Source of the DNA: Frankiales bacterium
Lineage (GTDB): Bacteria; Actinomycetota; Actinomycetes; Mycobacteriales; SCTD01
Length of the DNA: 64,000 nt
Assembly (NCBI GenBank): GCA_025966135.1
Contig: JAOPVP010000038.1
Coordinates: forward strand, 309-64,308
Direction of reading: 5' to 3'
The notes beneath the pieces were generated by a model. That model made no database searches. It saw only the letters and a program-made list of their open reading frames with translations, and was not told the origin of the DNA. This document shows, piece by piece, positions 37,704 to 46,886 of the stretch (position 1 is its first letter; each line of letters opens with the position of its first letter). The translations under genes were made by a program, and so were the position numbers.

Positions 37704-38812
37704 CCACCGCGAGCATGCACCAGAGTCGACTGGTTACCCCGGCCGGGCTCACCCGCGCGTCTGCCTTCACGGCCCTGCTCGTCGCGTTGCCGCTCGTGTT
37801 CAATGCGCACTGGATGGTGAACCTGCTGTTCTTCACCGTCCTGTACGCCGCGATGTCGGTGGCCTGGAACCTGATCGGCGGATACGCGGGGTACCCCTCG
37901 CTCGGCCATGCCGCGTTCTTCGGGTTGGGCGCCTACGGGGTCTCGCTGGTCTTCACGGGAAGCCAGGTCCTCTCAAACGGCTACGAGCCCTTCCTCCTGC
38001 TGCCCCTGGTTGGACTCGGCGCCGGCCTGATCGCACTCCCGATCGGCCTGATCGCCATGCGCACGCGGGCAGACGTCTTCGCCATCGTCACGATCACCCT
38101 GCTGTTCGTCGCGCAAACCCTGGCCTTCAACCTCAAGGGCCTCACCGGTGGGGCACAGGGCGCCAGCGTCGCGCCTCCCCCGTTCCGGCTGGAGATTTTC
38201 GAGCAGCCCTTCTACTTCGCGGCTGCTGCCCTGCTGCTGCTGGCGATGGGACTCACCTACCTCGCCGTCCGGACCAAGATCGGCCTGGCGCTGACCGCGA
38301 TCCGGGCCGATGAGGACAAGGCCCGCGGGATCGGCATCCGCACCACTGCTGTGAAGCTGATGGCGTTCTCCGTCAGCGTCGGCCTCGTGGCGATGGCCGG
38401 TGGGATCTGGGCGTACTACGTCGGTTTCGTCTACCCGCAGTTCGCCGTCGACCCGTTGCTCACGATCGCCATCGTGCTGATGACCTTCCTCGGCGGACGC
38501 GCCACGCTTTGGGGACCGGTGCTGGGTGCCGCCATCCTGATGCCCGCGCAGCAGCTGCTCGCCTACTACGTGGGCGGCAGCCGGCTGTACCTGATCGCCT
38601 ATGCCGCGATCTTCCTGTTGATCATCCTGCTGCTGCCTCGCGGAGTCCTGCCGACCGTGTTCCACCGACGTCGCCTGTCAGCTCTCGCGGCAACGGCCAG
38701 CCAGGCCGAGGCCCAGGCAGTGCCCTCGACAGGTCCTGAGGTTCTGCGGCCTCCGACCGTCATGGCGTCAGAACCGAGCTATGTCCAGACGTCAGCGGGT
38801 GAGCGCCGATGA
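37700..38812 (+). CDS. ABC permease (LivM-like)
   Basis: AWNLIGGYAGYPSLGHAAFFG, AIRADEDKA, GPVLG. Confidence 0.93.
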   Translation: MTTASMHQSRLVTPAGLTRASAFTALLVALPLVFNAHWMVNLLFFTVLYAAMSVAWNLIGGYAGYPSLGHAAFFGLGAYGVSLVFTGSQVLSNGYEPFLLLPLVGLGAGLIALPIGLIAMRTRADVFAIVTITLLFVAQTLAFNLKGLTGGAQGASVAPPPFRLEIFEQPFYFAAAALLLLAMGLTYLAVRTKIGLALTAIRADEDKARGIGIRTTAVKLMAFSVSVGLVAMAGGIWAYYVGFVYPQFAVDPLLTIAIVLMTFLGGRATLWGPVLGAAILMPAQQLLAYYVGGSRLYLIAYAAIFLLIILLLPRGVLPTVFHRRRLSALAATASQAEAQAVPSTGPEVLRPPTVMASEPSYVQTSAGERR

Positions 38813-39540
38813 CGGCTCTCCTGGACGTCACCGGCATGACGAAGCGGTTCGGACACCTCACGGCTGTCGATGCCTGTTCGTTCTCCGTCGCTGAGGGGAG
38901 CATCACGGCTCTCATCGGCCCGAACGGCTCAGGCAAGACGACGGTCTTCAACCTCATCACTGGCTATCTGCCAACGGACAGCGGCTCCGTCGCGTTCGAC
39001 GGCCGCTCGATCGCGGGAGCTGACCCGGGCGGTCTGTACCGCCAGGGGCTGTCCCGAACCTTCCAGCAGGCGCGGGTCTTCGGGGACCTCACGGTGCAGG
39101 AGAACCTGGTGGTCGCAGCGGGAGGCAGCTGGCGAAGCGTCTTCGGTCGACGCATGTCGCGCAGCGATCGGATCCGGGCCGCCGAGTTGTTGGAGGAGTT
39201 CAAGCTCAGTCACGTGGCGGACCTGTTCGCCAGCGAGCTGTCCTGGGGGCAGCGCAAGCTCCTTGAGTTCGCTGCCGTCCTCATGAGCAGACCCCGACTG
39301 GTGCTGCTCGACGAGCCGACCGCGGGCGTCAACCCGCTGCTGATCCAGACCATGGCAAGCCACATCCGTTCCTACAACGCGACCGGAGTCACCTTTCTCA
39401 TTGTCGAGCACGACATGAGCTTCGTGATGACGGTGTGCGACCAGGTGATCGTGCTCGATCGAGGCAAGACCATCTGCGTCGGCACCCCAGAGGCAGTCCA
39501 GTCAGATCCCCGCGTGCTCGACGCCTACCTGGGCGACTGA
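38809..39540 (+). CDS. ABC ATP-binding protein (LivG-like)
   Basis: GPNGSGKT, RTFQ, LLDEPTAG, VEHDM, AYLG. Confidence 0.95.
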   Translation: MTALLDVTGMTKRFGHLTAVDACSFSVAEGSITALIGPNGSGKTTVFNLITGYLPTDSGSVAFDGRSIAGADPGGLYRQGLSRTFQQARVFGDLTVQENLVVAAGGSWRSVFGRRMSRSDRIRAAELLEEFKLSHVADLFASELSWGQRKLLEFAAVLMSRPRLVLLDEPTAGVNPLLIQTMASHIRSYNATGVTFLIVEHDMSFVMTVCDQVIVLDRGKTICVGTPEAVQSDPRVLDAYLGD

Positions 39541-39552
39541 GGAGGTAGCAGC

Positions 39553-40389
39553 ATGACCACCGCAATCAACGCTGATGGACAGCGCAAGCCCCCGTTGCTC
39601 GAGATCGACGACGTGGTTGCCGGCTACGGCGCCGGCGTGATTCTCAAGGGCGTCAAGCTCGTGCTGCACCGCGGCGACGTGATGTGCCTCATCGGCCCGA
39701 ACGGGGCCGGCAAGTCGACCGTGCTCAAGACGGTGTCCGGCCTGCTGCGTCCGAAGGACGGCGCAGTCCGCCTCGAGGGTGAGGACGTCACCACGGAAGC
39801 CCCGAAGGCCAAGCTCCGCCGCGGTGTGGTGCACGTGCCGCAGGAGCGGAGCCTGTTTCCCGGCATGACGGTCTGGGACAACTTGCTCATGGGCGGCTAC
39901 CTGATGCGCAACAACAAGATCCTGCACGCGCGTATCGACGAAGCAGCCCAGATGTTCCCCATCATCACCAGCCGGCGCAGCGCACACGCAGGATCGCTCT
40001 CCGGCGGGGAGCAGAAGCAGGTCGAGTTGGCTCGCACCCTGCTGTTCGACCCGAAGCTCATCCTGCTCGACGAACCGTCGATCGGTCTCGATCCGAAGTC
40101 ACGCCGGCTGGTCTTCGACGCGATCAGAAGCCTGGCCGCGGCGGGTCGAACGATCTTGCTGGTGGAGCAGAATGCCAGGTCGGGCTTGGCCGCGTCCGAC
40201 CAAGGAGCCGTCCTCGAGTCCGGCCTCGTGCGGCTGACCGGTCCCGCCGCACACCTGCTGGGTGACCCCGAAGTGGCCCGCCTCTACCTGGGCGCCTCTC
40301 AGCACGCCCGCCCTTCCAACAATGCCCCTGCCCTTTCGTCCGCACTGGCAGCAGTCGCGGCACCTACTCCACAGGAAGAGCTGACATGA
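39553..40389 (+). CDS. ABC ATP-binding protein (LivF-like)
   Basis: GPNGAGKS, LSGGEQ, LLDEPSIGL, VEQNA. Confidence 0.95.
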   Translation: MTTAINADGQRKPPLLEIDDVVAGYGAGVILKGVKLVLHRGDVMCLIGPNGAGKSTVLKTVSGLLRPKDGAVRLEGEDVTTEAPKAKLRRGVVHVPQERSLFPGMTVWDNLLMGGYLMRNNKILHARIDEAAQMFPIITSRRSAHAGSLSGGEQKQVELARTLLFDPKLILLDEPSIGLDPKSRRLVFDAIRSLAAAGRTILLVEQNARSGLAASDQGAVLESGLVRLTGPAAHLLGDPEVARLYLGASQHARPSNNAPALSSALAAVAAPTPQEELT

Positions 40390-41321
40390 CCAATGCTTCT
40401 GCGCCCACCATCGGCTGGATCGGTACGGGCCGGATGGGTTACGCAATGGCGGAACGACTTCTCAAGGCTGGTCACAAGGTCAGCGTCTACAACCGCACGC
40501 GCGCCAAGGCCGACCCGCTCGCTGCACATGGCGCGGTCGTCATCGACACGATTGCAGAGCTCGCCAGCTGCGACATTGTGTTCTCGATGGTGTCGGCATC
40601 CGCTGACCTGCTGCAGGTAACAGTGGACGACGACGGGGTGCTGAACCAGGACCTCGCGCCGCGGATTCTCATCGACTGCTCAACTGTCGCGGTCGAGGCA
40701 TCCGAGCAGGTTCGTGATGCAGCCGCCACGCGCGGCACCACGTTCTTGGTCGCGCCAGTCTCGGGAAACGGCAAGGTTGTCAAAGCCGGCAAGCTGACCA
40801 TGGTCGCCTCGGGGCCACGTGAGGTGTTCGACGAGGTGGAGGCGGTTCTGCGTTGCATCGCGAAGGAGGTGACCTACGCCGGTGACGGTGACGTGGCCCG
40901 GCTCGTGAAGCTGGCTCACAACATCTTTCTCGGAGTGGTCACCCAGTCGCTGGCCGAGATCACTGTCTTTGCCGAGAAGGCCGGGGTGCCACGGTCGGCG
41001 TTCCTGGAGTTCCTCAACTCCTCGGTGATGGGCTCGACCTTCACCCGCTACAAGACACCTGCGTTCGTCAGCCTCGACATGACGCCCACGTTCACCCCCG
41101 TCTTGCTGCGCAAGGACTTCGATTTGGGCCTGGCAGCCGCGCGCACGCTTGAAGTGCCGATGCCGCTTGCCTCCGCGACCAGCCAGCTGGTCCAGCAGGC
41201 CATCGGCCGCGGGCACACAGATTCCGATTTCGCGGTCCTGCTGCTGGAGCAGGCGGCGGGGTCCAGTCTTCAACTCGTCGCCGAGAGCGTCACGGTCTCT
41301 GACGGTCTGGAGAGTGCGTGA
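40386..41321 (+). CDS. NAD(P)-dependent beta-hydroxyacid dehydrogenase (3-hydroxyisobutyrate DH family)
   Basis: GWIGTGRMG, YNRT, APVSG, KLAHN, KDFDL. Confidence 0.9.
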   Translation: MTNASAPTIGWIGTGRMGYAMAERLLKAGHKVSVYNRTRAKADPLAAHGAVVIDTIAELASCDIVFSMVSASADLLQVTVDDDGVLNQDLAPRILIDCSTVAVEASEQVRDAAATRGTTFLVAPVSGNGKVVKAGKLTMVASGPREVFDEVEAVLRCIAKEVTYAGDGDVARLVKLAHNIFLGVVTQSLAEITVFAEKAGVPRSAFLEFLNSSVMGSTFTRYKTPAFVSLDMTPTFTPVLLRKDFDLGLAAARTLEVPMPLASATSQLVQQAIGRGHTDSDFAVLLLEQAAGSSLQLVAESVTVSDGLESA

Positions 41322-41358
41322 TGCCCGCCCGTCGAGGGAAGCGACCGGAGTGAGCAGC

Positions 41359-42603
41359 ATGACAAAAGGCGTTCCGATGCCCGCACCGGGGCACATGGGA
41401 GTCGACTTCGAGCAGCGGGTGGACTTCAGCCGGCTACGCGACTACCGCGTCGGTCGGGCCAAGGCGGCATTGCAGGCGAGCGAGTGCGGAGCGTTCCTGC
41501 TGTTCGACTTCTACAACATCCGCTACACGACGCAGACCTGGATTGGCGGAGCGCTCGGCGACAAGATGACCCGCTACGCCCTCCTGACCCGCGACGGCGA
41601 GCCGATGCTGTGGGACTTCGGCTCCGCGACCAGGCACCACAAGCTCTTCTCGCCATGGCTCGAGCCCGAGAACTGCCGTCCCGGGATGCTGGGTTTGCGG
41701 GGTGCCATCGCGCCGACAGCCGGCCTGATGGAGTCAGCGGTCCGTGAGCTCAAAGGCCTGCTGGAGGATGCCGGAGTTGCGGATGCGCCCATCGGCGTGG
41801 ACATCATCGAGCCGCCGTTCCTGTTCGAGATGCAACGGCAGGGTCTGAGGATCGTCGACGCCCAACAGCTCATGCTCGACGCTCGCCAGATCAAGTCTGC
41901 CGACGAGATCATGCTGCTGACACAGGCCGCCGCGATGGTCGATGGCGTCTACCAGGACATCGTCGATGTCCTGAAGCCCGGCATCCGCGAGAACGAGATC
42001 GTCGCCCTCGCGAACAAGCGCCTCTACGAGATGGGATCGGACCAGGTCGAGGCGGTCAACGCGGTATCGGGCGAGCGGTGCAACCCCCACCCGCACAACT
42101 TCACTGACCGCCTCATCCGACCGGGTGATCAGGCCTTCTTCGACATCATCCATTCCTTCAACGGCTACCGGACGTGCTATTACCGCACGTTCAGCGTCGG
42201 TAGCGCCACCGAGAGCCAACGCGACGCCTACAAGAGGGCGCGGGCCTGGATGGATGCGTCGATCCAGATGATCAAGCCCGGCGTGGGCACCGACGAGGTG
42301 GCCAGGGTATGGCCGGCAGCCACGGAGTTCGGCTTCGAGAACGAGATGGCAGCCTTCGGACTGCAGTTCGGGCACGGTCTCGGGCTCGGGCTCCATGAGC
42401 GTCCCATCATCTCCCGGCTCAACAGCATAAGGGAGCCGATCGAGCTCCAGGTCGGCATGGTCTTCGCGCTGGAGACCTACTGCCCGGCAAGCGACGGCTA
42501 CTCGGCTGCGCGCATCGAGGAGGAGGTCGTCGTCACCGAGGACGGTCCTCGAGTCCTCACGCTGTTCCCCGCGCAGGACCTCTTCATCGCCAACCCCTAC
42601 TGA
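41359..42603 (+). CDS. M24 (pita-bread fold) hydrolase, Xaa-Pro peptidase/creatinase-like
   Basis: NIRY, RQIKSADE, FFDII..GYRTCYYRT, GHGLG..HE, ALETY, RIEE. Confidence 0.88.
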   Translation: MTKGVPMPAPGHMGVDFEQRVDFSRLRDYRVGRAKAALQASECGAFLLFDFYNIRYTTQTWIGGALGDKMTRYALLTRDGEPMLWDFGSATRHHKLFSPWLEPENCRPGMLGLRGAIAPTAGLMESAVRELKGLLEDAGVADAPIGVDIIEPPFLFEMQRQGLRIVDAQQLMLDARQIKSADEIMLLTQAAAMVDGVYQDIVDVLKPGIRENEIVALANKRLYEMGSDQVEAVNAVSGERCNPHPHNFTDRLIRPGDQAFFDIIHSFNGYRTCYYRTFSVGSATESQRDAYKRARAWMDASIQMIKPGVGTDEVARVWPAATEFGFENEMAAFGLQFGHGLGLGLHERPIISRLNSIREPIELQVGMVFALETYCPASDGYSAARIEEEVVVTEDGPRVLTLFPAQDLFIANPY

Positions 42604-42631
42604 ACTCACTTCTCTCTGGAGGGCACTACCG

Positions 42632-44092
42632 ATGGCTGACAACCGGGCCGGCTTTCTGGCCGACCTACCGACGGACCTGTACATCGACGGGAAGTGGGTT
42701 CCTGCGGCGGACGGTGGACGCTTCGACGTGCTTGATCCCGCAACAGGGGACCTCCTCGTCTCGGTGGCGGACGGTTCGGTCACCGACGCTGGGCACGCCG
42801 TCGACGCAGCAGCCGCCGCAGCCGGGGAGTGGGCGGCGACCGCCCCACGAGTCCGCGGAGAGATCCTGCGTCGAGCTTTCGAGCTGATGACGGCGCAGGC
42901 AGAGGATCTCGCACGCCTGATCTCCCTCGAGAACGGCAAGGCTCTTCCGGACGCCCGCGGTGAGGTTGCCTATGCCGCGGAGTTCTTCCGCTGGTACGGC
43001 GAGGAGGCGGTCCGCACGACCGGCACCGCCGTCACGGCCCCCTCGGGTGCCAACAAGATTCTGGTACTCCATCAGCCGGTCGGGATCTGTGTCCTGGTAA
43101 CGCCATGGAACTTCCCCGCCGCGATGGCTACCCGCAAGATCGGCCCCGCCTTGGCAGCGGGCTGCACGGTGGTGCTCAAACCGGCCAGCGACACCCCGCT
43201 CACGGCGCTGGCCATGGCCAGAATCCTCGAGGCAGCAGGGGTGCCGCCCGGTGTTGTCAATGTCCTTCCGGCCCGGCGGTCAGGCCAGGTGGTCTCGTCA
43301 ATGCTGCACGACCCACGCGTTCGCAAGCTCTCGTTCACTGGGTCCACCGAGGTGGGTCGGACGCTCCTGCGAGAGGCAGCGGACATGGTCGTGAACACCT
43401 CGATGGAGCTCGGCGGGAACGCGCCGTTCATCGTCTTTGCCGACGCTGATCTCGAGGCAGCCCTCGACGGCGCCATGATCGCGAAGATGCGCAATGCCGG
43501 CGAGGCATGTACGGCCGCCAACCGCTTCTACGTCGAGTCCTCCGTCGCCGACGAGTTCAGTCGCCGCCTGGCAGCGCGCCTTGAGGCCCTGGTCGTCGGA
43601 CCCGGTACGCAGGAGAGCACACAGGTCGGCCCCTTGGTCAACGAGGAGAGCGCGACCAAGGTCGCCGACCTGGTCCGGAGCGCGCTCGACGAGGGTGCGC
43701 AGATCATCACCGGGGGTAGCCGGCCCGACCGGATGGGGTTCTACTTCGAGCCCACGGTCCTGGTGAACGTGCACCCTGACGCCGCGATCCTCAGCGAGGA
43801 GATCTTCGGTCCAGTCGCTCCCATTGTCACGTTCGAGACCGAGGCGGAGGCCATCCGTCAGGCGAACGGGACCGAGTACGGCTTGGTGGCCTACGTCTAC
43901 ACGCGTGACCTGGCCCGTGGACTGCGTGTCAGCGAGGCACTGGAGTCGGGGATGGTGGGGCTCAACCGTGGGCTCGTCAGCGACCCAGCGGCTCCGTTCG
44001 GGGGGGTCAAGCAGAGCGGGATCGGCCGCGAGGGCGGTCATTCAGGAGTGCTCGACTACCTCGAGCCCAAGTACATCGCCGTCCAGTGGTAG
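42632..44092 (+). CDS. NAD(P)-dependent succinate-semialdehyde dehydrogenase (GabD-like)
   Basis: EFFRWYGEEA, PWNFPAAM, ELGGNAPF, KMRNAGEAC, PFGGVKQSGIGREG. Confidence 0.92.
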   Translation: MADNRAGFLADLPTDLYIDGKWVPAADGGRFDVLDPATGDLLVSVADGSVTDAGHAVDAAAAAAGEWAATAPRVRGEILRRAFELMTAQAEDLARLISLENGKALPDARGEVAYAAEFFRWYGEEAVRTTGTAVTAPSGANKILVLHQPVGICVLVTPWNFPAAMATRKIGPALAAGCTVVLKPASDTPLTALAMARILEAAGVPPGVVNVLPARRSGQVVSSMLHDPRVRKLSFTGSTEVGRTLLREAADMVVNTSMELGGNAPFIVFADADLEAALDGAMIAKMRNAGEACTAANRFYVESSVADEFSRRLAARLEALVVGPGTQESTQVGPLVNEESATKVADLVRSALDEGAQIITGGSRPDRMGFYFEPTVLVNVHPDAAILSEEIFGPVAPIVTFETEAEAIRQANGTEYGLVAYVYTRDLARGLRVSEALESGMVGLNRGLVSDPAAPFGGVKQSGIGREGGHSGVLDYLEPKYIAVQW

Positions 44093-44664
44093 GCCCCGGA
44101 GGGGGGATAGAGGGCCAGACTGGGCTGCCCGGGCTGAGAGGCGTGGACCACATCGGCTTCACGGTTCCCGACCTCGAGCAGGCAAGGGCATTCCTCGTGG
44201 ATGTGCTCGGGTGCGAATACATGTACAGCTTGGGTCCGTTCCAGGACGACGGCGCCTGGATGCAAACGCAGCTCAACGTCCACCCTCGGGCGGTGATGCA
44301 GCGACTGCACTTCTTCCGCTGCGGCAGTGCCGCCATCTTCGAGGTCTTTCAGTACGCCGCACCCGCTCAGAGCGCCCTGCAGCCGCGGAACAGCGACGTG
44401 GGCGGACACCACGTTGCTCTCTATGTCGAGGATCTCGACGTCGCGATCGAGCACCTCCAAACGCACGGTGTAGCCGTGCTGGGAAACCCGGTCGCCAGCA
44501 GGGGCCCGAGCGCTGGGCAGAGGTGGATCTACTTCCTCGCTCCGTGGGGGATGCAGTTCGAGCTCGTGTCCTACCCGGGCGGCAAGGCGTTCGACCACGC
44601 TCCCCCGGAGACCACCCAGAGCGCCGACAGGGCGATGTCCGACCACCCTGCCCGCGCCCTCTAG
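44086..44664 (+). CDS. VOC (glyoxalase/epimerase) family protein
   Basis: DHIGFTVPDL, FEVFQY, HHVALYVED, PWGMQFEL. Start uncertain. Confidence 0.85.
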   Translation: MVGPGGGIEGQTGLPGLRGVDHIGFTVPDLEQARAFLVDVLGCEYMYSLGPFQDDGAWMQTQLNVHPRAVMQRLHFFRCGSAAIFEVFQYAAPAQSALQPRNSDVGGHHVALYVEDLDVAIEHLQTHGVAVLGNPVASRGPSAGQRWIYFLAPWGMQFELVSYPGGKAFDHAPPETTQSADRAMSDHPARAL

Positions 44665-44703
44665 CCCCAGTCCCTCCCTCCTTCGCATGACCCTGGAGAC
44701 ATC

Positions 44704-46884
44704 ATGAGCGTGCACAACCGGCTCGAGCCCGCATCGCCGTGGGTCGAAGTCGTCGCGACCACCGAAGACTGGGACCTGGCGGCGCCGCATCTGCTCAAGA
44801 CGATGCTGGGTCAGCTCGTCGTGATCCGTGCGTTCGAGGAGTACGTCCTCGAGCTCGCCGGTGCCGGCTTGATCCACGGGCCGGCCCACTCGAGCATCGG
44901 GCAAGAGGCTGGAGCGGTCGGATCGGTCCTCACGCTCACGAGCCGGGACGCGGTGAACGGGTCGCACCGCGGTCACCACCAGTTCCTGGCCAAAGCCATC
45001 TCCCACGTGGCCCCCAAGGGACTCGACCCCGACGAGGAACTCCCGGACGACATTCGGGAGCTGCTGCTGCGCAGCCTGGCCGAGATCTGCGGACTGTCAC
45101 GCGGCTTCAGCCATGGCCGGGGCGGTTCCATGCACCTGCAGTGGAAAGAGGCGGGAGCCATGGGAACGAATGCGATCGTCGGTGGTGGCGTACCCCAGGC
45201 AGCGGGATTCGCCTGGGCAAACCGCCAAGCCGGCACCGACGCTGTGTCCGTCACCTACTTCGGTGACGGCGCCGTCAACATCGGATCCACGCTGGAGACC
45301 TTCAACCTGGCCTCCGCCTGGCGCCTGCCGGTCTGCTTCTTCATCGAGAACAACCAGTACGCCGTCTCCACGAACATCACGGAGGCCACCGGCGAGGCAC
45401 GCCTGTCGGCACGCGGCCTGGGGTTCAACATCCCCAGCTGGAAGGTCGACGGGATGGATCCGCTTGCCGTCTACCTGGCGACGCAAGAAGCCGTGGATCA
45501 CATGCGGGCTGGCAAGGGGCCCACCATGATCGAGGCGGACGTCTACCGCTACTTCCACCAGAACGGCCCCTTCCCCGGGAGCGCCTTCGGGTATCGCACG
45601 AAGGAAGAGGAGACGGCGTGGCGGCAACGGGATCCGATCAAGCAGCTCTCCGGCCACCTCGTGCGCCGCGGGATCACAACTCAGAAGGCGATCACCGCAG
45701 CCACCGCTCGAGCGAAGCGCGTCATGGCCGAGCTCGGTGACGTCCTGCTTGAGCCACTGCCGGGGGGGAAGCCCGGTCAGCGCCGCATCAAGCCGGATGA
45801 GTGGCCGGACCCAGCGTTCCGCGACGTCGGCGTCCGCGGCGACCTCAGCGAGTTCGCCGATGCCCCCCTTGCCGACCGGGACACCTACACCGGACAGGTT
45901 GCCCAGCAGAAGTTCATCGACGCGGTCGCAGGGGTGATGGCGCGTCGGATGGCGACCGATGACTCGATCGTCGTGATGGGAGAGGACATCCACCGGCTCA
46001 ACGGAGGCACCAACGGCGCGACACGTGGTCTCAAGGAGACCTATCCAGACCGCATCCTCGGCACCCCCATCAGCGAGAACGCCTTCGCGGGACTTGGCGG
46101 TGGCATCGCGATCGACGGGAGGTACAGGCCTGTCGTGGAGTTCATGTACGCCGACTTCATGTGGGTCGCCGCCGACCAGCTGTTCAACCAGATCGGCAAG
46201 GCCCGGCACATGTTCGGCGGAGACGGCGCCGTGCCGCTGGTGCTCCGCAGCAAAGTCGCGATGGGAACGGGGTACGGCTCGCAGCACTCCATGGACCCTG
46301 CTGGCGTGATGGCCACCGCCCCGGGCTGGCGCATCGTCGCACCATCGACGCCGTTCGACTACGTCGGCCTGATGAACAGCGCGCTCAGGTGCAACGACCC
46401 CGTCGTCGTGCTGGAGCACGTCGACCTGTACACCTCAACCGGTGAGGGCCCGGTCGACGATCTCGACTACTGCCTCCCGGTCGGCAAGGCGGCGATCCGC
46501 CGCAGTGGTTCCGACCTCACGATCATCTCCTACCTGGCGATGGTGAACTACGTCCTCGAGGCCGTCGAATCCCTGGGGACCGTGGACGCGGAGGTGATCG
46601 ACCTGCGCTGGCTCGATCGCGCAAGCGTCGACTGGGACACCATCGGCGAGAGCATCAAGCGGACGAACAGAGTGCTCATCGCCGAGCAGGGCGCGGTCGG
46701 CACGTCCTACGGCGGTTGGCTCGCGGACGAGATCCAGCGCCGGTACTTCGACTGGCTCGACGCGCCGATCCAGCGGGTCACCGGCGCAGAGGCGTCGCCC
46801 AGCATCAGCAAGGTGCTCGAACGAGCCGCTATCGCCCAGACCGACGAAGTCATCGCGAAGCTCATCGAGATGGCAGGGCCCTGA
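44704..46884 (+). CDS. Fused alpha/beta TPP-dependent 2-oxoacid/acetoin dehydrogenase E1
   Basis: HSSIGQE, HRGH, GRGGSMH, GDG...ENN TPP motif; GEDI, TPISE, SQHS in the beta half. Confidence 0.93.
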   Translation: MSVHNRLEPASPWVEVVATTEDWDLAAPHLLKTMLGQLVVIRAFEEYVLELAGAGLIHGPAHSSIGQEAGAVGSVLTLTSRDAVNGSHRGHHQFLAKAISHVAPKGLDPDEELPDDIRELLLRSLAEICGLSRGFSHGRGGSMHLQWKEAGAMGTNAIVGGGVPQAAGFAWANRQAGTDAVSVTYFGDGAVNIGSTLETFNLASAWRLPVCFFIENNQYAVSTNITEATGEARLSARGLGFNIPSWKVDGMDPLAVYLATQEAVDHMRAGKGPTMIEADVYRYFHQNGPFPGSAFGYRTKEEETAWRQRDPIKQLSGHLVRRGITTQKAITAATARAKRVMAELGDVLLEPLPGGKPGQRRIKPDEWPDPAFRDVGVRGDLSEFADAPLADRDTYTGQVAQQKFIDAVAGVMARRMATDDSIVVMGEDIHRLNGGTNGATRGLKETYPDRILGTPISENAFAGLGGGIAIDGRYRPVVEFMYADFMWVAADQLFNQIGKARHMFGGDGAVPLVLRSKVAMGTGYGSQHSMDPAGVMATAPGWRIVAPSTPFDYVGLMNSALRCNDPVVVLEHVDLYTSTGEGPVDDLDYCLPVGKAAIRRSGSDLTIISYLAMVNYVLEAVESLGTVDAEVIDLRWLDRASVDWDTIGESIKRTNRVLIAEQGAVGTSYGGWLADEIQRRYFDWLDAPIQRVTGAEASPSISKVLERAAIAQTDEVIAKLIEMAGP

Positions 46885-46886
46885 CG

